Part shown: in pieces, positions 8,519-17,852 of the stretch
Position numbering within the stretch: the first letter of the stretch is position 1
Layout of the letters: each line of letters opens with the position of its first letter
Virus record (IMG/VR): IMGVR_UViG_2728369554_000009
Coordinates: 1 to 40,186 of that record
Direction: 5' to 3' (one strand)
Length of the DNA stretch: 40,186 nt
Source: a virus
Lineage: Duplodnaviria; Heunggongvirae; Uroviricota; Caudoviricetes
Position numbers and translations under genes: made by a program
Notes under the pieces: model-generated
Told to the model about the DNA's origin: nothing
What the model saw: only the letters and a program-made list of their open reading frames with translations
Database searches by the model: none

Positions 8519-8579
8519 ATCGACGATCTTTTTAGTTATCAATGTAATCAATAAGTTATGTGGATAAGCGAGGGTAAAG

Positions 8580-9563
8580 ATGGAAAGTAATATCAAAGGG
8601 TTAGTTGCCGCCGGGCATGAGATGGCTTCGGAACTGAACGCAGAATGTGGTGCCGTTGATATGCGCAGTGTGGCAAAGCTGATCAGCGATTTGGCAACGC
8701 AACTGGAAGTGCAACTGGTGCGTGCTAATGCGCTGGCAGCGGAGAATGCTGGGCTTAAGGCCTTCAAAACCGCCGTTTATCAGCAGATGGGCGTCGGATG
8801 TGATGCTCCTGAATTCTCCATTACGACAGGTTTGAGTAACTTACGTCGTTTTGCTGACACACTCCACGCCATTGAACGTGAGTTCTTTACCAAAGAGCTA
8901 CCTGATGAAGAGCACGAAGGCGAAACATTCAATGAATGTCCACTTAGCTGGGGAATGAGCGTCGAACAGTACGTTTCCGAGTTTCGCAAATGCCTGGCTG
9001 AAGTGCGGGCGCAGGGCGTGGATGCTGCTATAGAAGCTGCAAAAAATCTGGTGGCCCAAGAATATGAGTATAAGGATTTCAAAGCGGCGCAGAGTGATTG
9101 CTGTATGCACCCTGGTTCAGACCTAGTAGGGAAGGTTGAAATGACTGAGTGGTTAGTTGACTTTGCTGCCCAGCTTCGCAAAGGAGGCAACCAGGCTGCC
9201 GAATCCAATCGCGGTAATGAGTGGACTGGCAATCCTGATATTGATAACGCCATCATCATGCTCGACCGCATAGATACGCTGGAAAATTGCGATGATGACC
9301 GTATTGAGGCTGTTAAGGCTGTTTTGCGTAGACTGGCTGGCAACTATCCGGTAATTCCGGATGGTTGGATAAGCTGTAGTGAGCGAATGCCGAAAGAAAC
9401 GGGTGACATTATTGTTGTTTCGGATGGCATTGTAATGTCCGGGATTTCTTATTCTCGTCGTGACGGGTTCTATATAGCCGCATTGGAGTACGACGACGAT
9501 GAGCCAATTGGCGGTGTAACCCACTGGATGCCGCTACCGAAACCGCCGCAGGAGGTGAAGTGA
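8580..9563 (+). CDS. hypothetical protein with C-terminal DUF551-like domain
   Basis: 327 aa. C-terminal 'WISCSERMP..GDIIVV..THWMPLPKPP' pattern. SD GAGGGTAAAG. Confidence 0.5.
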   Translation: MESNIKGLVAAGHEMASELNAECGAVDMRSVAKLISDLATQLEVQLVRANALAAENAGLKAFKTAVYQQMGVGCDAPEFSITTGLSNLRRFADTLHAIEREFFTKELPDEEHEGETFNECPLSWGMSVEQYVSEFRKCLAEVRAQGVDAAIEAAKNLVAQEYEYKDFKAAQSDCCMHPGSDLVGKVEMTEWLVDFAAQLRKGGNQAAESNRGNEWTGNPDIDNAIIMLDRIDTLENCDDDRIEAVKAVLRRLAGNYPVIPDGWISCSERMPKETGDIIVVSDGIVMSGISYSRRDGFYIAALEYDDDEPIGGVTHWMPLPKPPQEVK

Positions 9564-9847
9564 TGGACTCCTTCGCGAAATATACGATTATTGACTGGAT
9601 AGCATTCCTTCAGGTTTTGCTCATCTGGTTTTATATGGCTTACAGGAGTGGACAGTGGATTGTCAGTGTAGCCTGTAGCAAGGGATGGCGTTGGTGGAAC
9701 CGAAAGAATAAAAAAGCACTGGCCTTGGATTCGTTTTACGAAGCATTCAATCTTAACAGTCTTCAGCCTGGTTCTGTCGTTGTAGTCACCACTCAAAGCG
9801 GAATGACGATACAAATTCACAAGCCAAAGGAGGAAGGTCGTGGCTAA
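9560..9847 (+). CDS. small membrane protein (hypothetical)
   Basis: 95 aa with N-terminal hydrophobic helix. ATGA overlap with the previous gene. Confidence 0.4.
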   Translation: MMDSFAKYTIIDWIAFLQVLLIWFYMAYRSGQWIVSVACSKGWRWWNRKNKKALALDSFYEAFNLNSLQPGSVVVVTTQSGMTIQIHKPKEEGRG

Positions 9848-10121
9848 CCTGCAACTTGCCGTAAAAGGTGAATACTTCAATGCCATGATTCGCGGAGAGA
9901 AAACGGAAGAGTATCGCTTGTGTAATGACTACTGGAAAAAGCGAATTATGTTCCGGGAGTATGACCGCCTGATTATCACAAGGGGATATCCGAAGCGCGA
10001 CGACTTCAGTCGCAGAATTGACGTCCCGTATGAAGGGTATGAAATCAAGACAATCACACATCCGCACTTCGGCGATAAACCGGTAAAGGTGTTCGCGATA
10101 AAGGTAAATATTGATGGCTAA
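9840..10121 (+). CDS. ASCH/PUA-like domain protein (hypothetical)
   Basis: 93 aa. GTG start with AAGGAGGAAG SD. Confidence 0.45.
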   Translation: MANLQLAVKGEYFNAMIRGEKTEEYRLCNDYWKKRIMFREYDRLIITRGYPKRDDFSRRIDVPYEGYEIKTITHPHFGDKPVKVFAIKVNIDG

Positions 10122-10452
10122 ATCAGCAGCAGAGCGCAAAGCCGCTCAGAGAGCCAGACAAGCTGCATCTGGTGTGCGTAAGCTGGAGATTGTGCTTGAT
10201 GCTCAGGAAATTGAAATGCTTGAGCGGAACTGCGCCGCCCGGCGCCCTGGTCGCGATCCCTATGAAATGGCCGAGTACATCGCGCTGCTGATCCGCCAGG
10301 ATGATGCACGTGTGCGCGGGCGTATAAAATCGATCAGCAGAAAACTTTGCGGTAAGTGCGGCGAGAGAGTTCCCGTTAATTCATGCCCGTGTAATGGTGA
10401 CTCGCAATGCTGGGTGACTAAAGGCTGGCATGAAACGAAATTAATAGTGTGA
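10114..10452 (+). CDS. RHH-like N-terminus plus C-terminal Cys4 zinc-ribbon protein; candidate regulator of late operon
   Basis: 'LEIVLDAQEIEMLER' followed by 'CGKCGERVPVNSCPCNGDSQC'. Immediately upstream of a palindrome, a terminator and the late promoter. Confidence 0.45.
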   Translation: MAKSAAERKAAQRARQAASGVRKLEIVLDAQEIEMLERNCAARRPGRDPYEMAEYIALLIRQDDARVRGRIKSISRKLCGKCGERVPVNSCPCNGDSQCWVTKGWHETKLIV

Positions 10453-10460
10453 CATGTCAC
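10449..10460. promoter_or_regulatory. 12-bp perfect palindrome GTGACATGTCAC (copy 1)
   Basis: Read in the sequence. Overlaps the stop of the zinc-ribbon gene. Confidence 0.5.
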
Positions 10461-10501
10461 GAGTAGATTATGCATGATGAATTTGATGGGTTTTGAATAC
10501 T

Positions 10502-10527
10502 GCCGCCAACTATGGCGGCTTTATTTT
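10502..10527 (+). terminator. intrinsic terminator ahead of late operon
   Basis: GCCGCC-aactat-GGCGGC followed by TTTATTTT. Confidence 0.6.
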
Positions 10528-10538
10528 GCATGGTACTA

Positions 10539-10553
10539 TTACCACAACGGTAA
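10539..10553. promoter_or_regulatory. operator TTACCACAACGGTAA fused to -10 TACTAT upstream of terminase genes
   Basis: Perfect palindrome. Same TACTAT|TACC context as the copy at 32168. Confidence 0.6.
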
Positions 10554-10570
10554 CTATTACCACGGTGGTT

Positions 10571-11167
10571 ATGATGCCTGCTGAACCTAAAACCTATAAA
10601 CGCAAATCAACGCAATTTAAGCCACTAACAGCAATGCAGGAGGCTTATTGCCAGTCATACATCAAAACGCCTGAAAACCAGACTCAGGCAGCGATTAACG
10701 CAGGATTCTCCCCAAATACAGCGGCAGTTAAAGCCAGTGTCATGATGCGCGATGAACGCATTCAAAAACGGATTGCCGAGTTGATGGAGGAGCGCAACAA
10801 ACGAATGCGCGTCAGTGCTGATTACGTTCTCATGCGCCTGGTGGAGATCGACCAGATGGACGTGATCGACATCCTCAACGACGATGGGAGCCTTAAGCCA
10901 ATCCGCGAGTGGCCGAAAATCTGGCGCACTACGCTTAGCGGCTTTGATCTGTCATCGACCATCATGAACATGAACGAGGATTCGATAGAGACAATCCTCA
11001 AAAAAATTAAATGGCCTGACAAGGTGAAGAACCTCGAACTGATTGGTAAGCACGTCGACGTCAAAGCATTCAAAGAACGCCTGGATGTTAATGTGAATGT
11101 GACAATTGCTGATCGCATAGCAGCAGCCAGGAAGCGACTCAAAGAACGTCAGGATGGTAATCAGTGA
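10571..11167 (+). CDS. terminase small subunit
   Basis: 'AYCQSYIKTPENQTQAAINAGFSPNTAAVKASVMMRDERIQKRIAE' resembles the Terminase_2 family. Start at ATGATG after GGTGG. Confidence 0.7.
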   Translation: MMPAEPKTYKRKSTQFKPLTAMQEAYCQSYIKTPENQTQAAINAGFSPNTAAVKASVMMRDERIQKRIAELMEERNKRMRVSADYVLMRLVEIDQMDVIDILNDDGSLKPIREWPKIWRTTLSGFDLSSTIMNMNEDSIETILKKIKWPDKVKNLELIGKHVDVKAFKERLDVNVNVTIADRIAAARKRLKERQDGNQ

Positions 11168-12639
11168 CAGATACAGTGTTATCTCCTGAAGAGCAGTTGA
11201 TCGAGGATATTGCAGGGTTTACTCACGATCCGCTTGGTTATGCCCTCTATGCGTTCCCGTGGGGGGAAGAGGGGACTGAACTGGCACATGCTACTGGCCC
11301 ACGTCAGTGGCAGGCTGATGCGTTCCGAGAGATACGTGATCACCTGCAGAATCCAGAGACGCGCTATCAGCCGCTTATGCTGGCACGCGCTTCTGGTCAC
11401 GGTATTGGTAAATCCGCATTCATCTCAATGCTGATCAACTGGGGCATGTCCACTTGCGAGGATTGTAAGGTCGTGGTGACCGCCAACACCGACAACCAGC
11501 TACGAACGAAGACCTGGCCGGAAATTATCAAGTGGTCGAACCTTGCTATCACGGAAGACTGGTTTACCTGTACCGCTACCGCGATGTACAGCAATGACCC
11601 TGGGCACGACAAGCGGTGGCGTGCTGACGCAATACCCTGGTCTGAGCACAACACTGAGGCGTTCGCCGGACTACACAACGAGCGCAAACGCATCATCGTG
11701 GTGTTTGATGAAGCGTCGAACATTGCGGATCTGGTGTGGGAAGTTGCTGAGGGTGCGCTTACGGACGAAGACACTGAGATTATCTGGGTGGCGTTCGGAA
11801 ACCCGACGCGTAATACCGGACGTTTCCGTGAATGTTTCCGCAAGTATAAACACCGCTGGAAAACTGCGCAGATTGACAGTCGGACGGTGGAAGGTACCAA
11901 CAAACAGCAGTTGCAGAAATGGGTTGATGACTACGGGGAAGACAGCGACTTCGTTAAAATCCGTGTGCGTGGCATATTCCCTGATGCATCTGAATTGCAG
12001 TTTATCCCTACCGGTCTTACTGACGAGGCAATGAAACGGGTGGTAACCGCTGCGCAGGTTGCACATGCTCCGGTGATAATCGGCGTTGACCCGGCATACT
12101 CCGGCGTTGATGACGCTGTGATATACCTGCGGCAGGGGCTACACAGTAAGGTGCTGTGGACTGGCAACAAGACTACCGACGATCTGATTATGGCGAAGCG
12201 TATCGCTGACTTTGAAGACCAGTATCAGGCTGACGCGGTGTTCATCGACTTCGGTTACGGAACCGGTTTGAAGTCAATCGGTGACGGCTGGGGTCGTACA
12301 TGGCAACTTGTTCCGTTCGGTGGCGCGTCTACTGACCCGCAGATGCTTAACAAGCGTGGGGAGATGTTCAACTCATGTAAGACATGGCTGAGGCTGGGCG
12401 GCATGCTGGATGACCAGGAAACTGCAGACGACCTGTCGGCGGCAGAGTACAAAGTTCGCGTGGACGGTAAAATCGTTATCGAACCGAAGGAGGATATCAA
12501 GGAGCGGCTTGGGCGTTCGCCGGGTAAAGGCGATGCGCTACTGCTGACGTTTGCGTTCCCTGTGTCGAAGCGTCTGCGAATTCCCGGTCAGCAGAACCAG
12601 CAAGGCAAGGCCATCACAGATTACGATCCCTATGCTTAA
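11164..12639 (+). CDS. terminase large subunit
   Basis: 491 aa. Walker-like 'ARASGHGIGKS' and 'IIVVFDEAS'; C-terminal nuclease-like region. GTG start overlapping the small-subunit stop. Confidence 0.85.
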   Translation: MTDTVLSPEEQLIEDIAGFTHDPLGYALYAFPWGEEGTELAHATGPRQWQADAFREIRDHLQNPETRYQPLMLARASGHGIGKSAFISMLINWGMSTCEDCKVVVTANTDNQLRTKTWPEIIKWSNLAITEDWFTCTATAMYSNDPGHDKRWRADAIPWSEHNTEAFAGLHNERKRIIVVFDEASNIADLVWEVAEGALTDEDTEIIWVAFGNPTRNTGRFRECFRKYKHRWKTAQIDSRTVEGTNKQQLQKWVDDYGEDSDFVKIRVRGIFPDASELQFIPTGLTDEAMKRVVTAAQVAHAPVIIGVDPAYSGVDDAVIYLRQGLHSKVLWTGNKTTDDLIMAKRIADFEDQYQADAVFIDFGYGTGLKSIGDGWGRTWQLVPFGGASTDPQMLNKRGEMFNSCKTWLRLGGMLDDQETADDLSAAEYKVRVDGKIVIEPKEDIKERLGRSPGKGDALLLTFAFPVSKRLRIPGQQNQQGKAITDYDPYA

Positions 12640-12682
12640 TCCGCTGGTGGGGATAATATCGTTGATATCCTCTGGTGAGGAT

Positions 12683-12715
12683 AAAACAAAGCCAGCTCAT
12701 AGGCTGGCTGTTTGT
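12683..12715. terminator. bidirectional terminator between convergent genes
   Basis: AGCCAGC-tcatag-GCTGGCT. U-run on the minus strand (AAAACAAA on +), weaker GTTTGT on the + strand. Confidence 0.6.
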
Positions 12716-12725
12716 GACATGTCAC
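12714..12725. promoter_or_regulatory. 12-bp palindrome GTGACATGTCAC (copy 2)
   Basis: Read in the sequence. Confidence 0.5.
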
Positions 12726-12729
12726 GGTG

Positions 12730-13062
12730 TTATTTCGGTAGATTGTGTTTGGCATTCGACTCGTCTATCACGTAACGCATTGCAGTTCGACCGAGATTAC
12801 CAGGATCTTCATGCAGACTCACTCGTGCCTTTAGGAGCACACATTCAGCCTTGACATAGTTTGCTGGAATTATTCCTACCTCGGCATTTTTAAATGCCTC
12901 CTTCACCGCCTCACCGTTGTACTGACCGCCAAGCAACTCTGTACATGTCAGGTTGTTATGGATAATTGCAAGGAGATCTTTAATCTCTTCACGCAGGTTT
13001 ACAATCGCCATCGCGGCATTGATAGCTGCGGCATAGCGCTCAGCTGCAGTCTTCTCTTTCAT
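12730..13062 (-). CDS. moron-encoded hypothetical protein (110 aa from MKEKTAAERY)
   Basis: Strong SD AAGGTGA 5 nt before ATG 13062. An intrinsic terminator hairpin abuts the RBS. Function unknown. Confidence 0.5.
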   Translation of the reverse strand: MKEKTAAERYAAAINAAMAIVNLREEIKDLLAIIHNNLTCTELLGGQYNGEAVKEAFKNAEVGIIPANYVKAECVLLKARVSLHEDPGNLGRTAMRYVIDESNAKHNLPK

Positions 13063-13074
13063 GATTTTCACCTT

Positions 13075-13099
13075 AAAAAAATGCCCGGACGAACCGGGC
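13075..13099 (-). terminator. minus-strand intrinsic terminator/attenuator directly upstream of moron RBS
   Basis: GCCCGG-uucgu-CCGGGC followed by 7 U (the + strand A-run is 13075..13081). Confidence 0.6.
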
Positions 13100-13141
13100 G
13101 AATGATCAACGGAGTGCCTTCCTTGGCGGGTGATGCAGGGT

Positions 13142-13357
13142 TTACAGCGCAACGTCATCGGAATGGCGTTCTGCTGTAAAAAGGGCGGTGGTCAGAAGAA
13201 GGAGAACTGCCACCGCCAAAGCTACACGCATTGCCTGGTACTGCCGTATCACGGTCCTAACGTGATTGGGTTGTGGTGGCCGGTGCTGATCTCCGGCTTG
13301 AAATATGCTCAGTGTTAGCTGCCACTCTCTCAAGAGGATATGCGTCATGATTTTCAC
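13142..13357 (-). CDS. possible small membrane-anchored leader protein (71 aa; alternative 29-aa hydrophobic peptide from ATG 13231)
   Basis: C-terminal 'MRVALAVAVLLLLTTALFTAERHSDDVAL' is a TM-like segment. No convincing SD. Confidence 0.25.
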   Translation of the reverse strand: MKIMTHILLREWQLTLSIFQAGDQHRPPQPNHVRTVIRQYQAMRVALAVAVLLLLTTALFTAERHSDDVAL

Positions 13358-13803
13358 TGAGTTTGTTGGGTAACCCTGACTTCCGGCTATTCACGCAGCT
13401 TGTCTTCCAACTCAGGCTTATGCCTTACCCATTCCCCCACGTTCACGGGGTGCGCATCAGCCTGCGCATTCACCACAACGGAAAGAGCACTGACTTCGAG
13501 CAGACCTTGGGCCCAGGAACGACGATCAATCTCAATGCTCTTACCTGTTGCATCCTCGTCTCTTCCGAGGTGTCACACCTGATCGCCGGGATGGTGAATC
13601 CCCGTGCGCGGAATAAAACCGCTCGACTTGCACATTCCGGCTACCTGGTTCGTTTGCCCGAGCAAGGGAGGGTGCCCCTTAAACGTATCCAGACCGCTAT
13701 CGGCGCATGTGCCATACGCCGTACTGCTCAAAATAAAAGCTCACTCCACCTGTTCAATTTAACGACAAGCCAGTCAGGTTAGTAACCGGAATGAACTCTT
13801 TGG

Positions 13804-13818
13804 TTACCTGAAAGGTAA
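13804..13818. promoter_or_regulatory. operator TTACCTGAAAGGTAA upstream of head genes
   Basis: Perfect palindrome. Confidence 0.6.
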
Positions 13819-13908
13819 TAATTTGTGCGTTAAATGTCAACTACCTACGATAAATAAATCATATGTGGTTAAATTGGTAATAATTTAATTGCGTACGGAG
13901 TCATTGAT

Positions 13909-14115
13909 ATGTGCATGGGTAGCTCACCATCAGTGCCTGCAACACCAGAAGTTCAGGCAGCACCACAGGAGCAGGATGCCGCCGTTGTTGATGCCCGCGA
14001 CGAAGAAACTCGTCGCCGTCGCGCTGCTGCTGGTCGTAGTTCTACGCTGCTTACCGGTTCTCAGGGTGACACATCAACCGCTAATACCAGCGGTAAAACG
14101 CTGCTTGGTCAGTAA
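13909..14115 (+). CDS. small hypothetical protein preceding portal
   Basis: 68 aa. SD GGAG 9 nt upstream. A nearly identical initiation region (GGAGTCATTGA) also precedes the portal gene. Confidence 0.4.
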   Translation: MCMGSSPSVPATPEVQAAPQEQDAAVVDARDEETRRRRAAAGRSSTLLTGSQGDTSTANTSGKTLLGQ

Positions 14116-14129
14116 CCGGAGTCATTGAA

Positions 14130-15809
14130 ATGGCGGAAACAACTAAAGAGCGATTGAACAAACAGTTCGCACAACTTGAAAGCGAGCGTCAGTCGTTCGA
14201 GCCGCACTGGCGCGAGTTGAGTGATTACATCAACCCGCGTGGTTCCCGCTTTCTGACTTCTGAGGTCAACCGTAACGATCGACGCAATACACGCATTATT
14301 GATTCGACCGGGACTATGGCGGCGCGCACTCTCGCCAGCGGCATGATGTCAGGCATCACAAGCCCCGCGCGTCCGTGGTTTCGCCTGGCTACGCCAGATC
14401 CTGAAATGATGGATTATGGCCCTGTTAAGTTGTGGCTTGAGGCGGTGCAGAACCGCATGAACGATATGTTCAATAAGTCGAATCTCTATCAGTCGCTGCC
14501 GCAGTTATACGGAAGCCTCGGCACATACAGCACTGGTGCAATGGCAGTGCTGGAGGATGACGAGGACATCATTCGCACAATGCCATTCCCGATAGGCAGT
14601 TACTACCTGGCTAACTCACCTCGTGGCAGTGTGGACACCTGTTTTCGCAAGTTCTCTATGACTGTTCGTCAGCTTGTTCAGGAGTTCGGGCTAAATAACG
14701 TCAGCGAATCCGTAAAAAGCATGTGGGAAAGCGGCACCTACGAGAAGTGGATTGAAGTGATGCATTCGGTTTACCCGAACATTGACCGCGATACATCGAA
14801 GCTGGATAGCAAGAACAAGCCATTCAAATCGGTTTATTACGAGGTTGGTGGCGATAACGACAAGTTGTTGCGTGAGTCCGGATTCGATGAGTTTCCAATT
14901 ATGGCTCCGAGCTGGGAAGTTAACGGCGAAGATGTTTATGGATCATCATGCCCGGGTATGCTGGCGCTTGGACCTGTTAAGGCATTGCAGCTTCTCCAGA
15001 AGCGCAAGTCGCAGTTGATTGATAAAGCCACCAATCCGCCGATGGTTGCTCCGACTTCCCTCAAGAATCAGCGTGCCTCCCTTCTTCCTGGCGACATCAC
15101 GTATATCGATCAGATTACTGGTCAGGATGGTTTCAGGCCTGCTTATCTGGTTAACCCCAGTACAGCAGATTTGGTGGCAGACATTCAGGACACCCGTCAA
15201 ATCATTAACAGCGCCTACTTTGTCGATCTGTTCATGATGTTGCAGAACATCAATACCCGCTCGATGCCTGTTGAAGCGGTGATCGAAATGAAAGAAGAAA
15301 AACTTCTGATGTTGGGGCCGGTTCTGGAGCGTCTGAACGACGAATGTCTTAATCCTCTCATTGACCGCGCTTTCTCGATGATGGTGCGTAAAAACATGCT
15401 GCCGCCACCGCCTGACGCGATGGAAGGTATGCCCCTGAAGGTCGAATACATTTCCGTCATGGCTCAGGCGCAGAAGTCTATCGGCCTGTCCAGTCTGGCG
15501 TCCACGGTTAACTTCATTGGTCAACTTGCGCAAGCGAAACCAGAAGCTCTCGACAAACTCAACGTTGATCAGGCGATCGATGCATTCGCTGATATGTCCG
15601 GAGTGTCTCCAACCGTCATTGTTCCGCAGGAACAGGTTGAGCAGGCTCGCCAGCAACGGGCACAGCAACAACAGCAGCAACAAATGATGGCGATGGGGAT
15701 GGCGGCGGCACAGGGTGCCAAGACGCTAAGCGAAGCTAAAACTTCGGATCCGAGTGTTTTGTCAGCTATGGCGAATGCAGTTAGTGGTCAGGGTGGGCAA
15801 TCACAATGA
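14130..15809 (+). CDS. portal (T7 gp8-like head-to-tail connector)
   Basis: 559 aa. N-terminal 'LNKQFAQLESERQSFEPHWRELSDYINPR' and overall podovirus connector organisation. Confidence 0.8.
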   Translation: MAETTKERLNKQFAQLESERQSFEPHWRELSDYINPRGSRFLTSEVNRNDRRNTRIIDSTGTMAARTLASGMMSGITSPARPWFRLATPDPEMMDYGPVKLWLEAVQNRMNDMFNKSNLYQSLPQLYGSLGTYSTGAMAVLEDDEDIIRTMPFPIGSYYLANSPRGSVDTCFRKFSMTVRQLVQEFGLNNVSESVKSMWESGTYEKWIEVMHSVYPNIDRDTSKLDSKNKPFKSVYYEVGGDNDKLLRESGFDEFPIMAPSWEVNGEDVYGSSCPGMLALGPVKALQLLQKRKSQLIDKATNPPMVAPTSLKNQRASLLPGDITYIDQITGQDGFRPAYLVNPSTADLVADIQDTRQIINSAYFVDLFMMLQNINTRSMPVEAVIEMKEEKLLMLGPVLERLNDECLNPLIDRAFSMMVRKNMLPPPPDAMEGMPLKVEYISVMAQAQKSIGLSSLASTVNFIGQLAQAKPEALDKLNVDQAIDAFADMSGVSPTVIVPQEQVEQARQQRAQQQQQQQMMAMGMAAAQGAKTLSEAKTSDPSVLSAMANAVSGQGGQSQ

Positions 15810-16102
15810 CAGATTACGAAGACGATCAACTGAAAGAAGAAAACGCCCGTAAGCAACGTGACATGGCACAGCGTGAAATTGATGACATTTGCTTTGTCAT
15901 GAGCAGTGAACAGGGGCGTCGCGTTGTCTGGTCGGTGCTGGAGAAAGGCCGTGTGTTTTCCGCTATCTCACCGATGGACGCTATGGCAATGGCATTTAAT
16001 GAGGGGCAACGCAATCTGGCGCTGGAACTGTTTCAGCGCGTTATGGCGCATTGCCCTGAACAGTATTTGAAGATGGCCAAAGAGGCCAGTGAACAGGAGT
16101 GA
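15806..16102 (+). CDS. hypothetical head-assembly protein
   Basis: 98 aa. ATGA-coupled to the portal. Confidence 0.5.
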   Translation: MTDYEDDQLKEENARKQRDMAQREIDDICFVMSSEQGRRVVWSVLEKGRVFSAISPMDAMAMAFNEGQRNLALELFQRVMAHCPEQYLKMAKEASEQE

Positions 16103-16104
16103 TC

Positions 16105-16800
16105 ATGAATTTATTTGAGCGTTTGCTGTATCGCCGTCTTTGCAATGAGCAACCAGTCGATGGTGGAGCAGCTCCGGCTGCGTCAGAACCGTCAGCGCCT
16201 GCAGGTGATAACCCTGCTCCAGTTGGTGATCCATCACAACAGGAAGGTGATAAGCCACAACCTGTTGCTGATGGCGATAAACCTGATGATGAAAAAAAAT
16301 CTGAAAACGATAAGCAGGGTGAAAAAAAGGACGGCGATAAACCAGAGGGTGCGCCGGAGAAGTACGAATTTCATGCTGCCGAAGGCGTAGAGCTGGATAC
16401 AGAAGCGTTGAAGGAATTCGAGCCGGTGGCGCGAGAACTAAACCTGACCAACGAGCAAGCGCAAAAGCTGGTTGATGCTTATCCGAAGATTCTGGCAGGT
16501 GTGCAGCAGCGCCAGGCAGAAGCCTGGCAGAAAACAACCGAGCAGTGGGCTGCTGATGTAAAAGCTGACAAAGAAATTGGTGGCGACAAGTTGATTTCTA
16601 ACCTTAGCGCCGCACAGCGTGCGCTTGACCAGTTCGGGACACCCGAGCTCAAAGAATATCTGAACACCACCGGGCTGGGTAATCACCCTGATCTGGTCAA
16701 AACGTTCGTGAAAATCGGAAAGGCGATGTCTGAAGATGGCATGGTCACCGGTGGTAATGAAGGCCAGCGTAGTGCGGCCGAAGTGCTCTATGGCAAATAA
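16105..16800 (+). CDS. scaffolding-like protein (acidic, Pro/Asp/Glu/Lys-rich N-terminus, helical C-terminus)
   Basis: Composition and position between portal and capsid. SD AGGAG. Confidence 0.5.
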   Translation: MNLFERLLYRRLCNEQPVDGGAAPAASEPSAPAGDNPAPVGDPSQQEGDKPQPVADGDKPDDEKKSENDKQGEKKDGDKPEGAPEKYEFHAAEGVELDTEALKEFEPVARELNLTNEQAQKLVDAYPKILAGVQQRQAEAWQKTTEQWAADVKADKEIGGDKLISNLSAAQRALDQFGTPELKEYLNTTGLGNHPDLVKTFVKIGKAMSEDGMVTGGNEGQRSAAEVLYGK

Positions 16801-16814
16801 GAGAGGAAATGACA

Positions 16815-17801
16815 ATGGCTGTTAAAGGCTTAACTGCGCTAACGCTGGCTGACTGGGGTAAGCGCGTCGATCCAAACGGGAAAGTCGATAAGATTATCGA
16901 GCTTCTCAGTCAAACCAACCCAATCCTTCAGGATATGCCTTTTGTTGAAGGAAACCTTCCTACCGGACACCGAACCACCATTCGTTCTGGTTTGCCTTCC
17001 GCTACCTGGCGTTTGCTGAACTATGGCGTACAACCGAGCAAATCAACAACGGTGCAGGTCACTGATTCCATTGGCATGCTGGAAACCTATGCTGAAGTCG
17101 ATAAGTCTCTGGCTGATCTGAACGGTAATACTGCCGAATTCCGCCTGTCTGAAGACCGAGCATTTATTGAAGCGATGAATCAGGCGATGGCGCAGACGCT
17201 GTTTTACGGTGATTCCAGCGTTAACCCTCAGCAGTTTATGGGACTGTCCTCCCGCTATTCCAGCCTGTCTGCGGGTAATGCTCAGAACATCATTGATGCT
17301 GGTGGCACGGGTACAGATAACACTTCAATCTGGTTAGTGGTGTGGGGCGAAAACACCGTGCATGGCATCTTCCCGAAAGGGAAGAAGGCTGGCATCCAGA
17401 TGGAAGATAAAGGCCAGGTGACACTGGAAGATGCTAATGGCGGCAAGTACGAAGGTTATCGTACCCATTATAAGTGGGACAACGGGCTGACATTGCGTGA
17501 CTGGCGCTATGTTGTTCGCATTGCAAACATCGATGTCAGCAATCTTGACGATCCTTCTACTGCTGCGAATATCGCAAAACTGATGATTCGTGCCCTTCAT
17601 CGAATCCCAAATCGTGGGATGGGACGTCCTATTTTCTACATGAACAGAACCATTAACGAAGTGCTTGACCTGCAATCTCTGGAGAAGAGTTCTCTGGCGA
17701 TCAGCGTGAAAGAGACAGAAGGCGAATGGTGGACAGAACTTCGTGGTGTGCCGATTCGCGAAACTGACGCACTTCTGGAAACAGAAGCCCGCGTGGTGTA
17801 A
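16815..17801 (+). CDS. major capsid protein (HK97 fold-like)
   Basis: About 330 aa, directly before a decoration-like gene. Start chosen 9 nt after GAGAGGAAA. Confidence 0.75.
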   Translation: MAVKGLTALTLADWGKRVDPNGKVDKIIELLSQTNPILQDMPFVEGNLPTGHRTTIRSGLPSATWRLLNYGVQPSKSTTVQVTDSIGMLETYAEVDKSLADLNGNTAEFRLSEDRAFIEAMNQAMAQTLFYGDSSVNPQQFMGLSSRYSSLSAGNAQNIIDAGGTGTDNTSIWLVVWGENTVHGIFPKGKKAGIQMEDKGQVTLEDANGGKYEGYRTHYKWDNGLTLRDWRYVVRIANIDVSNLDDPSTAANIAKLMIRALHRIPNRGMGRPIFYMNRTINEVLDLQSLEKSSLAISVKETEGEWWTELRGVPIRETDALLETEARVV

Positions 17802-17816
17802 CGCCTGTTATTAACC

Positions 17817-17836
17817 TGTGGGCCGCAACAGGCCCA
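17817..17836 (+). other. stable hairpin GTGGGCC-gcaaca-GGCCCAC after capsid gene (no U-run)
   Basis: Read in the sequence. Possible mRNA stabiliser or attenuator. Confidence 0.35.
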
Positions 17837-17852
17837 CTAATGGAGAAAGAAG

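Noticed and set aside
13580-13615. tRNA-like T-arm candidate CGGGA-tggtgaa-TCCCG
   Set aside because: The loop does not match the T-loop consensus (TTCRANY), and no acceptor or anticodon arms could be built around it.
13363-13782. 139-aa plus-strand ORF
   Set aside because: No RBS, and the composition is not protein-like (long runs of L/R/H/S with no domain signature). It would be transcribed against the flanking minus-strand moron.
13893-14132. Duplicated initiation region GGAGTCATTGA(T/A)ATG at 13893 and 14116 as a mobile-element signature
   Set aside because: Only 14-15 nt, and more simply explained as a reused RBS context for two adjacent head genes.
14946-15683. 245-aa minus-strand ORF
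   Set aside because: Fully antisense to the portal gene with no RBS. Shadow ORF.
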